A stretch of DNA of 42,634 nt, from IMG/VR virus record IMGVR_UViG_3300025890_000019; one strand, given 5' to 3'. Position 1 is the first letter of the stretch, and each line of letters starts with the position of its first letter. The position numbers were made by a program, and so were the translations under genes. Under the pieces are notes generated by a model. That model made no database searches. It was not told the origin of the DNA and saw only the letters and a program-made list of their open reading frames with translations. The DNA comes from a virus. This document shows, piece after piece, positions 1 through 13,100 of the stretch.

Positions 1-539
1 GTCTGTGTAACACTTGGCGTGAATGTTTCTTTGGAAAGTATTGCGACTCTTGTTGCCCCTGCGTACATAGATGAAACAACTTTGTTGCCACCCGAGCTGG
101 CAAGTGTCTCTATCTTCCAGCCTGAAAGCGTCTGTCCTGAAGTGTAAACTGGTCCAACCAATAAGAATGCAGATCCTGTGTACACATACAACTGATCGTT
201 TGATGAATCATGCCATAGATCACCCGCTGATGGCGACGTGGGTTCAGTGGTACTTGTCTTCGCACCTCCCGTTGGTTTGAAACTTGTTCCGTCATACACT
301 TTAAGTTGATTTACACCTGATGTAGTATCAAACCAAGTTTGTCCTTCAATTGGTCTTAATGGTGCTGAACTGTTAGCAAAATTTTCTAATATGTTTAAAA
401 AGTTTTCTGATATAACTGTTCCATATGAAGTTGTATTCTTTCCTGGAAAATTGATGCTGGTTTGATTGTTAACAGTGTTGTCCTCAATCGTGATAGTGCC
501 TTTGTTTACAGCATCAGTAAAACTTATTGTATATGCCAT
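1..539 (-). CDS. Tail-fibre/baseplate-associated structural protein, 5' part only (runs off the left edge; not in the ORF track)
   Basis: The minus-strand frame is open from ATG at 539 to the window edge: MAYTISFTDAVNKGTITIEDNTVNNQTSINFPGKNTTSYGTVISENFLNILENFANSSAPLRPIEGQTWFDTTSGVNQLKVYDG...PTSPSAGDLWHDSSNDQLYVYTG... The repeated P-x-x-P-x-x-G-(Q/D)-x-W-x-D...L-x-V-Y-x-G units are typical of phage fibre proteins. It starts 3 nt after the upstream stop. Confidence 0.75.
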   Translation of the reverse strand, partial: MAYTISFTDAVNKGTITIEDNTVNNQTSINFPGKNTTSYGTVISENFLNILENFANSSAPLRPIEGQTWFDTTSGVNQLKVYDGTSFKPTGGAKTSTTEPTSPSAGDLWHDSSNDQLYVYTGSAFLLVGPVYTSGQTLSGWKIETLASSGGNKVVSSMYAGATRVAILSKETFTPSVTQ

Positions 540-542
540 TTA

Positions 543-1154
543 TTATCCTTCGTTAAAACCTGTCAAACTTTGAACTCTTACTGTGTAGTCAATCTGTATC
601 AGTCTGTTTAAACTTTTTTGTACTGGGTGAAAAATTACATGTGTTAATAATTTGCCTGTTCCACTTGGCGAGTAACTTACTAATCCTAATTCATCAAACA
701 CATATAAACTGTCTGATCCACTTGCTGTATCCACAGCATCTTGACCATTTGGCTCACCATAGTCTAACAAACAAGTTACAACAACATCTGTGTAATTTGT
801 TCCATTGATATGTCTTGTTTCTATTTTGTTTCTTTGCGGATCTAGGTTTGAAACTGATCTGTCGTCAACAATCTTTGTGTATGTTTGATTGTACAGTGTA
901 GCATTTGTACCTGTACTGTTTGGTGTAAGATATGTGATGATCCCTGTTGGGTCAACACTCGTTCCGCCGTTTCCAAACGACATTGAATTTATGAATCCTT
1001 GTCCCTGATTAGCAACACTTTCTGCCAAAGCAACACTCATATTTTCATAATGAATTGCATTGCGTTTATCAACAAAAATCTTGTCTGATTCAGGATCGTG
1101 TATTTTAATGTGTCCTTGTATTAATACACCGCTGTTGTCTTTAATTTTGCTCAT
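543..1154 (-). CDS. Putative virion/baseplate structural protein (203 aa)
   Basis: Intact ORF with GGAG RBS and upstream TAAATA motif, co-oriented within the baseplate module. Function inferred from context only. Confidence 0.55.
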   Translation of the reverse strand: MSKIKDNSGVLIQGHIKIHDPESDKIFVDKRNAIHYENMSVALAESVANQGQGFINSMSFGNGGTSVDPTGIITYLTPNSTGTNATLYNQTYTKIVDDRSVSNLDPQRNKIETRHINGTNYTDVVVTCLLDYGEPNGQDAVDTASGSDSLYVFDELGLVSYSPSGTGKLLTHVIFHPVQKSLNRLIQIDYTVRVQSLTGFNEG

Positions 1155-1178
1155 TTTTGCTCCGTTCTACCATTGTAT

Positions 1179-4100
1179 TTATTGCGGCACAGCCACTTCT
1201 TTTTGACGTATGAATCTTGCAATGTCATTTTCCGTCTGACTTAGTGGATCTGTTCCTGTTTGCCATATTTTACCTTGTTTTCTTACCAGCAAAATTTGGG
1301 CATTTTCGACTGGCGTGCTAGTGAAAGTGATCACAGCAGTCGTTCCTGTCACACTGAATTCTGCAGGCACTGTGCTATCTGCTTCTGGACTATCTTGTCC
1401 TAAAGTAGGATCATACACACTAATACTGTTTTTTCTCATTCTCTTACCACCTACAAACAGTTCAAATTCATTGACTGATTTTGGTGTAAACCCTATATTA
1501 AGAGTATTGTTCACCACATCTGCACCTGTGTAAGTTTCAGATATGAAAGAATCTTTATATGGAACATTTTGGAACGCACTTTGATCGTAAACATCAGTGT
1601 TGGCATGATGTATTTCTGCTATACCAGTACCAAAGGTTCCGCGTCTTAGTTGTTGTAACTTGTTGCCATCCTTTTTGTAATATTCAATTCGTTCATTGTC
1701 TATAAAAATAATACCTGGTTGTTGTGAAGCAACACTAGGTTCTGTTATTCCAGTAGCATCAATCAACTCAATTTCTTTGTCATTCCATGATAAATTTTGT
1801 GCCAATGTGTATTGTTTGTCATCGCCAATACGTTTGAAATGAGTTCTGTTCATAATGTCTTTGAATTGTCTATATGCAAATTTACCAACAAAACTTGGAG
1901 CAGTGAAATGAATCACATCTATTTCATCATTTTGCGATAATGTTCTATTAATTTTCAAATACATTTGGTTGTTGGAAACTGTGTAGTCCACACTTGGTGC
2001 TAGCCATTCACCATTTACGCATACCCAAACATATTGAGCATCAACTGCCGGACGATTTAATTTTACAATACCATTTGTCAATTGATTGTATTGGAAATAA
2101 TCTTCTGTGTTGACTGTGATTGTTAATTTTTCCACAACATCATATTGTGTTCTATCTATATCTTGTACATCATGTTTGCTGAATTGATATATTGTAACTG
2201 TGCTTGATTGAGCTGGAGCAGTTGTAAATGTTATCAATCCACTATCGTTTACACTGTACTCGCCATTTTCAATATACACATCAACTGTGTCGCCTGCTTG
2301 ACCTATTCCTGTGCTTAATGTAATACTTGAATTTCCAGGGTTCCATCTGTATTCAGCAGATGTTAATTCTATTTTGTTAATGTATGCTCTTACATCCGTG
2401 GCATTGATTGTGCCTGGTAACACTTGCCAATTTTCAAATTCATATTCTCTTAATGTGCTTACAGTGAATCTTCTGTGGAATCCACTTCTTAGAACATCAT
2501 TGTTTACTTTTACAATCACATTGTTTGTGAAAGGTGTTTGTGTGAAAGGAGTTTGATTCATTTGGTAAGATACTGTACTTCCATCTCCTGTAAATGTGTC
2601 TTGAGTAACTTCACTGAACGACTGCGAAGCACTTTCATACACCACAATGTTTATGAAACTGTCTGATGCAGGAGCATTGTTGAATCTAATTGCCACTCTG
2701 TTAGGAACAGCATAAGAAGAATCTGTTTCAATCACAGAATAAGTTGCGTCTTGTCCGTCTACTTTCACAAAGGTTTGTATGTTGCCTGCTTTGAATTTCG
2801 CTCTTGTTACGTATTCAACTGTGCTTCCGTCTCCTGTAAATGTATCAACATCTAATATAGACTCTCCATTGTTGCCCATGGTAATAAAGTTAATCTTGTC
2901 GCCAACTGCTGGTGCTTGATCCAAATCAATGTGTTTATCTTGATAGTTCACTGTGAATTGATTTGTGTTGTATAAAATATTGTTTATGCTTAAGAATATT
3001 GCTGTGTTGCTTTGTGGTGAATCCACAAAACCAAATTCTGTTGTTGTGCCATCTCCAACATAATTGTAACTGTTAATTTTACTTCCTGAATTTTGTCCTC
3101 TGTCATACACTTGAATGTCTAAAGTATCTAAAACTTGTCCTGGAACAAATTCTTCTGGTCCTTTTGCAGTTGTTTCTGTAACAAAACCGTCACCGTCAAC
3201 ATTTATATCTTCTGCATTTATACCTTGTGCAGTTGAATATGTTAAGTCTCCGCCTTTTACTAAAGTGTCCACAATGTTTGGATCTGGTAAAAATGATCCA
3301 TCACTTGTGGATTTTCTAACAATGATTATATCACCGTCATCAGTTTCTAACATACTGATATCAACTGTTTTTGTAGATCCATCACCTTGTAATGAATTCA
3401 TTTGTGCTAAAATATTTGTAGGATTACCGGCATCAAATGCAGGATCATCCACTCTTTTTCCATTTTGATAAATGTGATATTCAATGCCAGACACCAACGT
3501 GTTTGCAAGATTTAATGTTAATGTACTGCCGTCTAAATAGAATACTTCATCTTCATAACTTTCGTCAAACGTATCCCACTCACTTTCCATGAAAGGTTCA
3601 TTGCCCCAACCTGAGTTGTTTTCAAACCCAATACTTCTCACTTCAACTCCACCGTAATCTATACCATCAATTACCTGTGCTAATTCTTTTCCAGGCATTC
3701 CTGATGTTGGTTCATACAATGCGAATCTGTCAGCAGTGTTTAAAATATCTTCATTTATTTTGTAACTGATTGAAATTGTTGATAAATTTGCAGGCGGTAA
3801 AGTAAATTGGATATATCCTGTGTTTCTAACATATGTTTTTGTTTCATCTATTTCATTTGCATATGTGAATTCACTTTTCAATTGTTTTTTGCCTGCCACT
3901 AGTATCGAAATTGTGTTTGTACGCAGATCCATTGGCCATTTTAATTTAAATTTTAATTTACTTGCATTGCCTGTGAATGTTTCAGTTCTTTGTAAACTGG
4001 TAATAAATGTATCTCCTGTGTTTCTATCAAATTTTATTCCTATGTGTGTCGTTCTCGGTAAACTTTCACCTAACACAGCACTTGCTTTGGCTTGAGTACC

Positions 4101-7100
4101 TGTCGTTGATCCACTTAATGTTATTGTTGGCGAAGAAATATATCCCGATCCACTGTTTGTTACATTTATTCTATAAACTTTTCCATTTTTAATGTATGCA
4201 GTAGCAGTCGCGCCTGTTCCGCCGCCGCCGGTAATTACCACAGCAGGTGGATTAGTGTATGATGTCCCGCCATTTGCAATGTTGATTGCAGTGATTTTGT
4301 AACCTATGTTATCTTTCCAATTTTTGTCTGGATATGTTGTAATGCCATCTGCACCAATCAACTCATCATTGTTAACTGTAACTTTTGATGGAGTAATTTC
4401 ACCATTCACATATTTAGGTGCATAATCAAAATCAGTGATTACACTATTTGTTGGTTCAGTTTTTTCATATGAACTAACGTATTCTCTAATTTTAGATTTA
4501 TATGGTTTAATTTCCTGCACATAATCTTCATAATTTGATAGGTTGTCATTTTTAAACGTAATTTTTTGTTCTAATTCACCTACATTGTGTTGAGCTTTAA
4601 CAAAACTTGTTTTAAAAACAAAATCGTTTAGTTTATTTTCAGACAACGCATACTGAATGCCAGCAAAATACATTTTGTTGTATTCTATTGCTAATTCTTC
4701 TACAAATATTTTGTCTCTGATTGTTTCTAATATTACACGTGTCTCTTGAATTGGCTGTCTATCATACAACTGAATATCAAAACTGTTTGAATCAAATCCA
4801 ACATTGCCACTGTACACATACAATTTCTCAGAAAATTGAATAGTTCCGTTTTGTCTTCCAACTGTTTCATAATTCACAGTGTAATCCACATCAGTTTGAT
4901 TATCAATTTTTTTCAACAACAACCATCCACCAGATCCTATTGTTTCAATTTTTACAATCTGTCCAATGCTGTCATCTAGAGTATTAATTTCATAACTTTG
5001 TGCAATCACATGGTCAATAGCAGTAAATTGACTGTAATCAGTTTTATACCAGTCAGCATAATTCCAATATAGATTCACATTGAACGCTTGTATTTTTGTT
5101 TTCTGCCATCCATCTCCAACAGTGTAATTGTATATTGCCCACTTGCCATCTACTGTACTGTCGGCATTGACCAATGCACTGAATGTTCTAACTTGTACAG
5201 TTGCATTATCTTTGTAATTGCTTCCTGCTTTTAAAACTTTAGCACTGTTAATAGAACCATTGACATCTATCGTTAATCCTATTACAGCATCTTCGCCTGT
5301 GATGCTTTTTATCTTGTATGTTGGAATTGATTTATATCCTTTACCAGCATCTGTAATTGTAACGTTAGAAATTTGTCCGTTTGTCACTGTAATATTCAAC
5401 GATGCAGGTTTAACTGATCCTACTCCTACAAAATCTAGATCCTTTTCTGTATCAACAGTTGTGTCAAATAACCCTGTGTTGATAGTTGGTGCTGGATCTG
5501 ATTTTATCAAATTACTGATGTCAATTTCATCAACAACTAGTTTTGTTTTTAAAGAAGTATTGACTCTTTCCATTGTTTGCTTCAATGCTTCTTGTTTGTT
5601 AGCAAACCAACTTTGTCTTGGATTTTGTAATGTACCGTATTTTAATTTGTCACTTAAATTAGGATCAGGCACAGGGTTTAATTTTGAATCATAACCAATT
5701 AAACTGTCGAACCAAACTGTTTCTACATCTTTAGGCAGTGTGCTTGTAGCAGAATCTTGTGTTAATAAAGCATATTCTTTATGGATATTGTTTTTACTTT
5801 CTACTGTGTTCAATCTAAAACTTATAATTGTGTCTTTGTCTTGAATAAATGAATCGCAGTTGATAATTGCAAATTTGTTTTTGCCAAACACAGTCACATA
5901 TTTGTAACCTTGAGCTCTTGGATCTTTAATCATTTTTTCAACAGCATTTGCACTTAATTTTCTTGATTCTAATTCTGGAGTTGTTGTTTTACTCTTAACC
6001 CAATAAAAATATCTGTTAGATAACACACCAGCAACTTTATCATAAACTTTTTTAGTTACGAAATCTGTTGTTCGTTCAACTGTTCCTGTAATACCCAATG
6101 CTGATCCTTCATCGGACTCACTGATTGTGTTGTATTGTGCAGGTGTATAAGGTGATTCTATCCATTCATGCACATCAATACTGGCACCTACAAATAATTT
6201 GTTCCAATATGAATTATTGAAAATTATATTACTTTGGTAAGGATAGTAATAAGTTGCTTTGCTGATGTTCCACCATAATTTGCCCACTTGCGAATCGTCC
6301 CAGTGATTGGTTGTATCCAATGTTCCAACTGTTGTAGAACTATTATACACTGCTGGATCATAATTTGTTTTGTATGAAATTTCAGCCTCTGCTGGTCCAG
6401 GAATTTTTCCAAATATTGGATCAACATAATCTAATCTTGTTAATAGTTTGTTTGTAGACTTGCTGTAAAGGAATATTCCTTGTATTTTTGATAAATCCGG
6501 TTGATCTATTCCTTCACTGCTTTCATGCAGACTGTTCCAATTAAATTCTACAGGTGATTTTCTAAAATCAACCAACGTTCCTTTTTCTTTGTTTTCTAAT
6601 TGTAGTTTAGGTAATCCCACATAAACGTGATTGTTGTTAACCAACAAGTTAGTTCCAAATTGTTCTAATGTGTCATTTACGTAGGTAAATTTTTCACCAT
6701 ATAACAAAGTGTTTTCAAATTTTTGATACAGGTGTATTGATCCTACATCTGATTGTGTTTCCACAAAGTTTGTCATTTCGCCATCAAACACTGTTTCTCC
6801 AGCATCAATCAATGTAGACAATTGCTGATCACCTTTTAATGATGTAACTGCTAATATGTCTCCACTAAACGATAATGTATTTCCAAATTGTGCTGATGTT
6901 TCTCTGCTTGGACTCACAAGTGTTTGATTCAATGTGTATTGTCCAGAATCATTATCAACTTTCTTGTATACATAAACTGATCCCATGTCTGTGTCAGCAA
7001 GATCTACCAATGGACTTCCAACAGCAATTAACTCACCGTCTCCAGATATGCTTATGTCTGCACCGAAATTAATAATCGCGGCAGAATCATCCACAGGTGT

Positions 7101-10100
7101 TATGGTTTGTTTGTAAGTGTAGTGTCCATCACTCTGTCTATAGACCACAACATTCTGACTGTCATCACTGTATTTGTTTGTCAGCACAACATTCACACCA
7201 TTTGTGTCAACATCAAAAGTGTTGGCAAATTTAATTAAATTGTTTTGATCCAATGTGGAATCGCCTTGCAGTTCAACACCAGTATCATTAGGCACATAAC
7301 CTAAAAAGTCTGTGTGAGTGTCTTGTAATGTCCATAAACTAGACTGCCAAACATTTGCACTTATATTTGTTTTTGCTTTGTACAATTGATTTCCAAACAC
7401 AACCAATTCGTCTTTTAGGTAATCTGTTTGATCATCAAACACACCCATGTAATTTTTATCTACACCCAACCACCAATTTTTAGTAGCACTGTAATTTACA
7501 AAATAAATTTTGCCTGGTAAGTTGGAAGTGCCATCACCTTCAGCGCCGATGAATGCTGTGATATTGCCTCCAACATCACGCAATTGAATTCTGCTTCCTA
7601 ATCTTAAACCACTTTGAGTGTCAGGTACAGTGTATGCAGAACTGTATTCAAACAATCCTTGTGTATTTTTTTTGTAAATTAAAAATGCACCTTGATTTGT
7701 AAAACCGCTTTGAACACCTTCTCCAATCGGTATATTGTGTATTTGTAACCAATCTTTATTTTTACTTCCTGGTATATTAGCAGTTTGGCTGATTCCAGCC
7801 ACATTTTCAAATTCGTCCCAAATCCAATACTCTGTATCATTCACTGTGTAGAAGTCTGGATCACCTGATGCTGTAATAGGTGCTGTGTGTTCAAAAACTA
7901 AAATATCCCCGTCTGTGTCTCCTGATTGTACTGCTTGTTCAATTGATCCCAACGTTCTGTTTACTCCGCCACCTATTCTAGTAATAGTAGATGACGCACC
8001 AGCATTGGATCCTAGACTAAACTGTTTATTGTTACTGTTATTAAAGTAAATTCTAATTTTTTCTAAGGCTATAAATTGAACGAAAGTTACATCCGCTTGT
8101 GCCTGAGTAAGTGGATCGTAAATTTGGTGTACGCCTGCTGTTGGAAAATAATAATTTGCATTGTTGTCCGGTTGTGAATCTACATCAACGTAACCTTCCC
8201 ATATGTCCACAACTTCTTTAAGTCCATTTGTATCCGAACTATCGATGTTCAACGTGGCAAAAGTCTCAGTGTCATCCTTGTTGATCCACACACTAACGTT
8301 GTTGCTTGAATTACTAGAATTTAACGTGCTGTCATGAGCAATATCATAACCTGTTCTCACAAACCACTTGTTACTTAAAGTTGCTTGAGGAGTTGCATTG
8401 ATCTGCCATGAATTTGTTCCTGCATCTATGTAATAATCTTGATAGTATGTTCCAATACCAAATTGTGCTTTTACTAAAGGTGCTTGAGGAGTTATTGGAG
8501 CAATGGATTGTTCTAACGAACTGAAAAACAAGTTGGTGTCTCTTACTTCATTCAACACCTTTATGTCTTGTATTACAGTATTAGTTGTAACATCCGATCC
8601 TGCATTGGTTGAAACATTGGCTCCTATGCCTACTTTCCACCAACCGCCTAGATAATCGTATGCTTCTGAATTTACTCTTGAATAATCCCCTATAGGTAAT
8701 ATGTCTAACAATAAACTTCCGCTTTCAGCAAATACACCAGAAACATCTTTAAGGTATATTAATGTCTTAGCGGCAACTTTTCTTACATAAACAACTGTAC
8801 CTTCTGCTGTGGATGTGCTTAATAAGTTTCCTATCACAGGGTCTGTCAATGTGTTAGACACTTCTAATATTTCATCAATCTTTTCTTGAATAGATATTTC
8901 AGCACCACTGAATATATTGTTCTTGATGGTTGGAGAATCTGCTCCATTAAACGGTTCTAGAGGTGCTTTAGAATAATTGTTTCTATCAATTGGATAAGCA
9001 CTGTTAAAATCAAGATAATCTAATATGAGTCTATCACCTATTTTAGTTGCTGTGTATTGATCAGCAGATGCTCTTATCAACATGTGATCTGTGGTTTGAT
9101 TTGCAAAGATACTGTCGCCTATCAATAAATTTGTTGTTTGAAATCCAACATTTTCTTTGTAAAAAGCCGATGCGTCAAATGTTGAAAATAAATCTTGTGC
9201 TATTTCACCTTCAACTTGATTTGTTGCTCTCCAAAGTTGTTGTTTGTATTGTACTATGTTTCCAACATTGTAGTTAGAACTTGTACTATACACTCCTTTG
9301 TATTCAGTTTTTAAATTGCCGGCATTTGGAGCACCTATTACTACAAAATTTCCATCTGGTGAAATATCAACTGCTTTACCAAAATTACTTGATGCACCAA
9401 ATAAATCAACATTTGATAACAATGGATCTGTTGTGGGTGCTTCTATTATTTGTGCCAATGATAATGTTCCGCTCTCAGAGCCTCTTGTGAACACATAAAT
9501 TTTTCCATCTTCATCTGTGGGTTGACTGACCAACACTGTAGAGTTTTGTTTATTTGCCGCTATAACTGTACCGAAACTTTCGTCTCCTGATATGCTTGTA
9601 GAACTTAATTCATTGTGTTTTTTGAATACAAATTTGTTATTAACAATTTTCCATTTGCCATCATCTGATTCATCAACCCAAAATTTCTCATTGTTTCTTA
9701 GTCCTTGATCAACTATTCTTGTGTTTATATCTGTGATAGCACTTAATCTTGATTCAGTAAATCTTTTAATAAAACCAACAGCAGAAGGTATTGAAGCAAA
9801 TCCTTGTACATCTTCACATTGAATAGATGTAATACCAACAAAAGTAGATTTGAAAACATAATCTGTACCATCAGCATTTACAACAAAAATTTCTCCTACT
9901 TCCATGTCTGGATTGTTCAATGTGTTTACAGTGATAGTTGAACCATCTTTAATTATAGAAACAATTTTTTGCTCTGTGTTACTGAACCTTAAAACATTCC
10001 AAGTGCCTTTTTTATTACCCACCCAAACGTATTGCCCTTCGTCTAGTGTTGACACACTTGTTGACGTCAACAAGTCATCATAATCTGCTAGAGTTAGTGT

Positions 10101-13100
10101 GATGTCTACAGGATTAACTGGACCTGCATTTTTGATATATGTGTTCTTTTCATATTTTACAGGAAATGGAGTGTGTTGATAATCTGTAGGTTTTAGATAT
10201 GTTTGTCCTGATTGAATTCTGTAAACTAAATCTGTTGCTGTTGCTGGTTGATCATCTGTCAATAAAATAGGTTGCGGGTTCAATCTGAATTGACTTTCAT
10301 CCAATTTATACTCTATTTCATCAAATGTATCCACTGCTCCATACTGTCCTTTACGGATTGCCCATTCTTCAAAAAATTCTAAACTTTCTTTATCAGCACT
10401 GGCAAGTGCATCAAACAATTTATTAAGAGCATTCGCTGTTCCTTTTTCTCTAACATATCCTTGATAAAACTTGTATTGACTCACATCATCATTGATAATG
10501 TTGCTTAGATATTCTCTTTGTTGATATCCAATTAAATGTTGAGCAAGTTTTTGTTGCTGTCTATCAAAATTATCTGTGTCTAAATCATAGAAATCACCAA
10601 ATTGGTTTATTTGATAATCAAAGTTCGATAACAAATTGCTTTCAGGTTTACCTTCTAGTCTACGCCAATTGTTGTCATCAAATTCTGTGGTACCTTTTAA
10701 TTTTGTGTTGGCTGTGTAATAAAATTGTTTGTGTTTTACCACATCACTCATTGCATAATCTGTGTAAGGTGCCCAAAGTTTTACTTTTGCTTCATCAAAA
10801 ATGAACCCTGGAATATTTAAACTACCATCCCATTCTGTAACATAGCCTAACATTTTAATTCTGTCTTGTTTGTATCCACTTGCTGGATCATAGATTAAAT
10901 CATTAAACACTGTGGTGTTGTCTATTAGACAAACATGTTCTTTTTGAACAAGAGGAACTTTAGCAAAATATATCCCGTTCACTGTGTTTTTTGTAAACAA
11001 TTCAAATGTATTTGATTTTCTTACTATTCTTAAATTAGTTCTATCTAATTTATTTCCGTCCTCTTTTAATACACCATAAGAATAATAATTTTCTACAACA
11101 TTATCTGTTGTGGCATATTTTGATGTTACAACTAATTTTTTACTGGCTGGACTTAAACTGATTACAGCACCTTCATCCCAATTTTGTGTTGTCCAGAATA
11201 AAAATTCTTTTACACTTAATTGCCAGTTTGCAACCAATTGTGTTTGTGAATCATATTGATCAAATTCAAATCCTTTTGTTTTAAGATATGATTCATAACC
11301 CAATATCACATCAACAACTGTTTGAATGTCTTCGAAAACTGTTCCGTATGCTACAGATTGTACTGTATCTGTTAAAAAATTATTTCTTAAAATACCAGTC
11401 GCGCCGCCTTCAGTTGGTAGGTCAACCAATTTAATAAATTTAGACACATCGAAAGTCTCTGTTGCTATGTGTGTTTCATCAACAGCATAAAAATTATCTT
11501 GAAATTTTACATATGTTCCACTGTCATATCTTTTGTTTTCACTCCAATTTACAAATGCGGCACTTATTCCGCCAACAGTGATTGTTGGATCATTTGTTTG
11601 TTGAAATGCAGAATGATATCTAATATAAGGATCATCTTTGTCATATCCTTTTATGCTGAATCCTCTGGCTAGTTTTTCTACTATCAAGCCACTGTATGTA
11701 ATAATTTCTACAGGTGTAGAAACATTGTAAACCAATTTGTAATTTTCTTCTGGAACAAATAAAGTTGAAGAATTTAGTGGCGTTTTACTGTCCAACAACA
11801 ATCTAAATTTGTCTTTGTTACTGTAACCTCTGATCTTAAAACCTATTTGCGTTTGTAATCCTGCGAATTGTTTTTTGTAATCTGCATAGTTGGTTGTTTG
11901 TGAGTTTTCAACTATTTCAAAAACATAGTTTAACAATCCAGATGTCAGTGTTACAGTGTCATCATTTACACTGCTGGGCCAAACAATATCTGCAGGTCTG
12001 ATTGCAGTCGCAGAATTGTACACAATTTGACCACTTGCATTTCTACTGATTTTATCTGTGTCTAATCCAATCCCTATTGCTTTGTTGGGTTGGTGTAAAA
12101 TGTAACTTTTTAACAAAGCAAACGGATAATGAACACTTCTTCTCCAAGTATTTTCTATTGGAGAATAATCACCAAATTTAAACTTGTCTTGTGTCAATTG
12201 TAACGCACTACCGCTGGCGTAACCACTATCAAACGGACTTCTAATATTGCCATCACTGTCTACTGGTATATTATTTGTCAATCCAGTTCTTTTGTATTTG
12301 TCTTTGATTACAATTTTTTTGTTAGGCTCTCTTACAATACCTTTTTCAAGGTCTTGCCATAAAATTAAATTATCTTTTGTGTATGGTGCAGGTCCATAAA
12401 CAGTTTCCCACCATGTAGGTGCTTGTGAATATCCAAGCATTTCCCATGGAGCAATATTTGGTCTATCTGTATCATAAGCATGAGTGTACACACCTCTCCA
12501 GAATCCTAACAAGTTTTTATTTTGTGGAGAAACCATACTGCTGTAATTCCATGTTAAACTGTTGTCTTCTTTGTGATAAGTGTTGGCTGTGTAATCATCG
12601 TTGCCAATAAAAGTTAACCAATTATTAAAATCTCCTAAAAGTGTTTTGTTGACAGATTCGAAAGTGAATTTGTTTGTGCTGTATGCTCTTGGCACAAATG
12701 ATTTAATATCAAACAATGTTTCATCATATGTTGTTTTGATATTGTTATGAATTCTTTTTTCCAATTCTAATATAACATCGTCTCTAAAATCATTGAATGC
12801 AACAATAACACTCCCGTCGTGACCTTGAATCACGTTTACTGGAGTAACTGCTGTGGTGTCTGAATAAAGTTTTGGAGTATATTTTGGATACAATCCTAAT
12901 TTAGTAGGTGTTGCTGGAATGTGTGATCCATTTGTTGTTTCAAATTCATTTACAACTATGATATCATCCAATGCAACTGTTTTTGTAACCTGCACAAATC
13001 CGTCAGCAAACACATAATCAACTCCATGAACCAACTGTACATCGTTATGGTACACATACACTGCTTTGGTAGATAGTGCTGTTAGATCAAAATTATTTGA

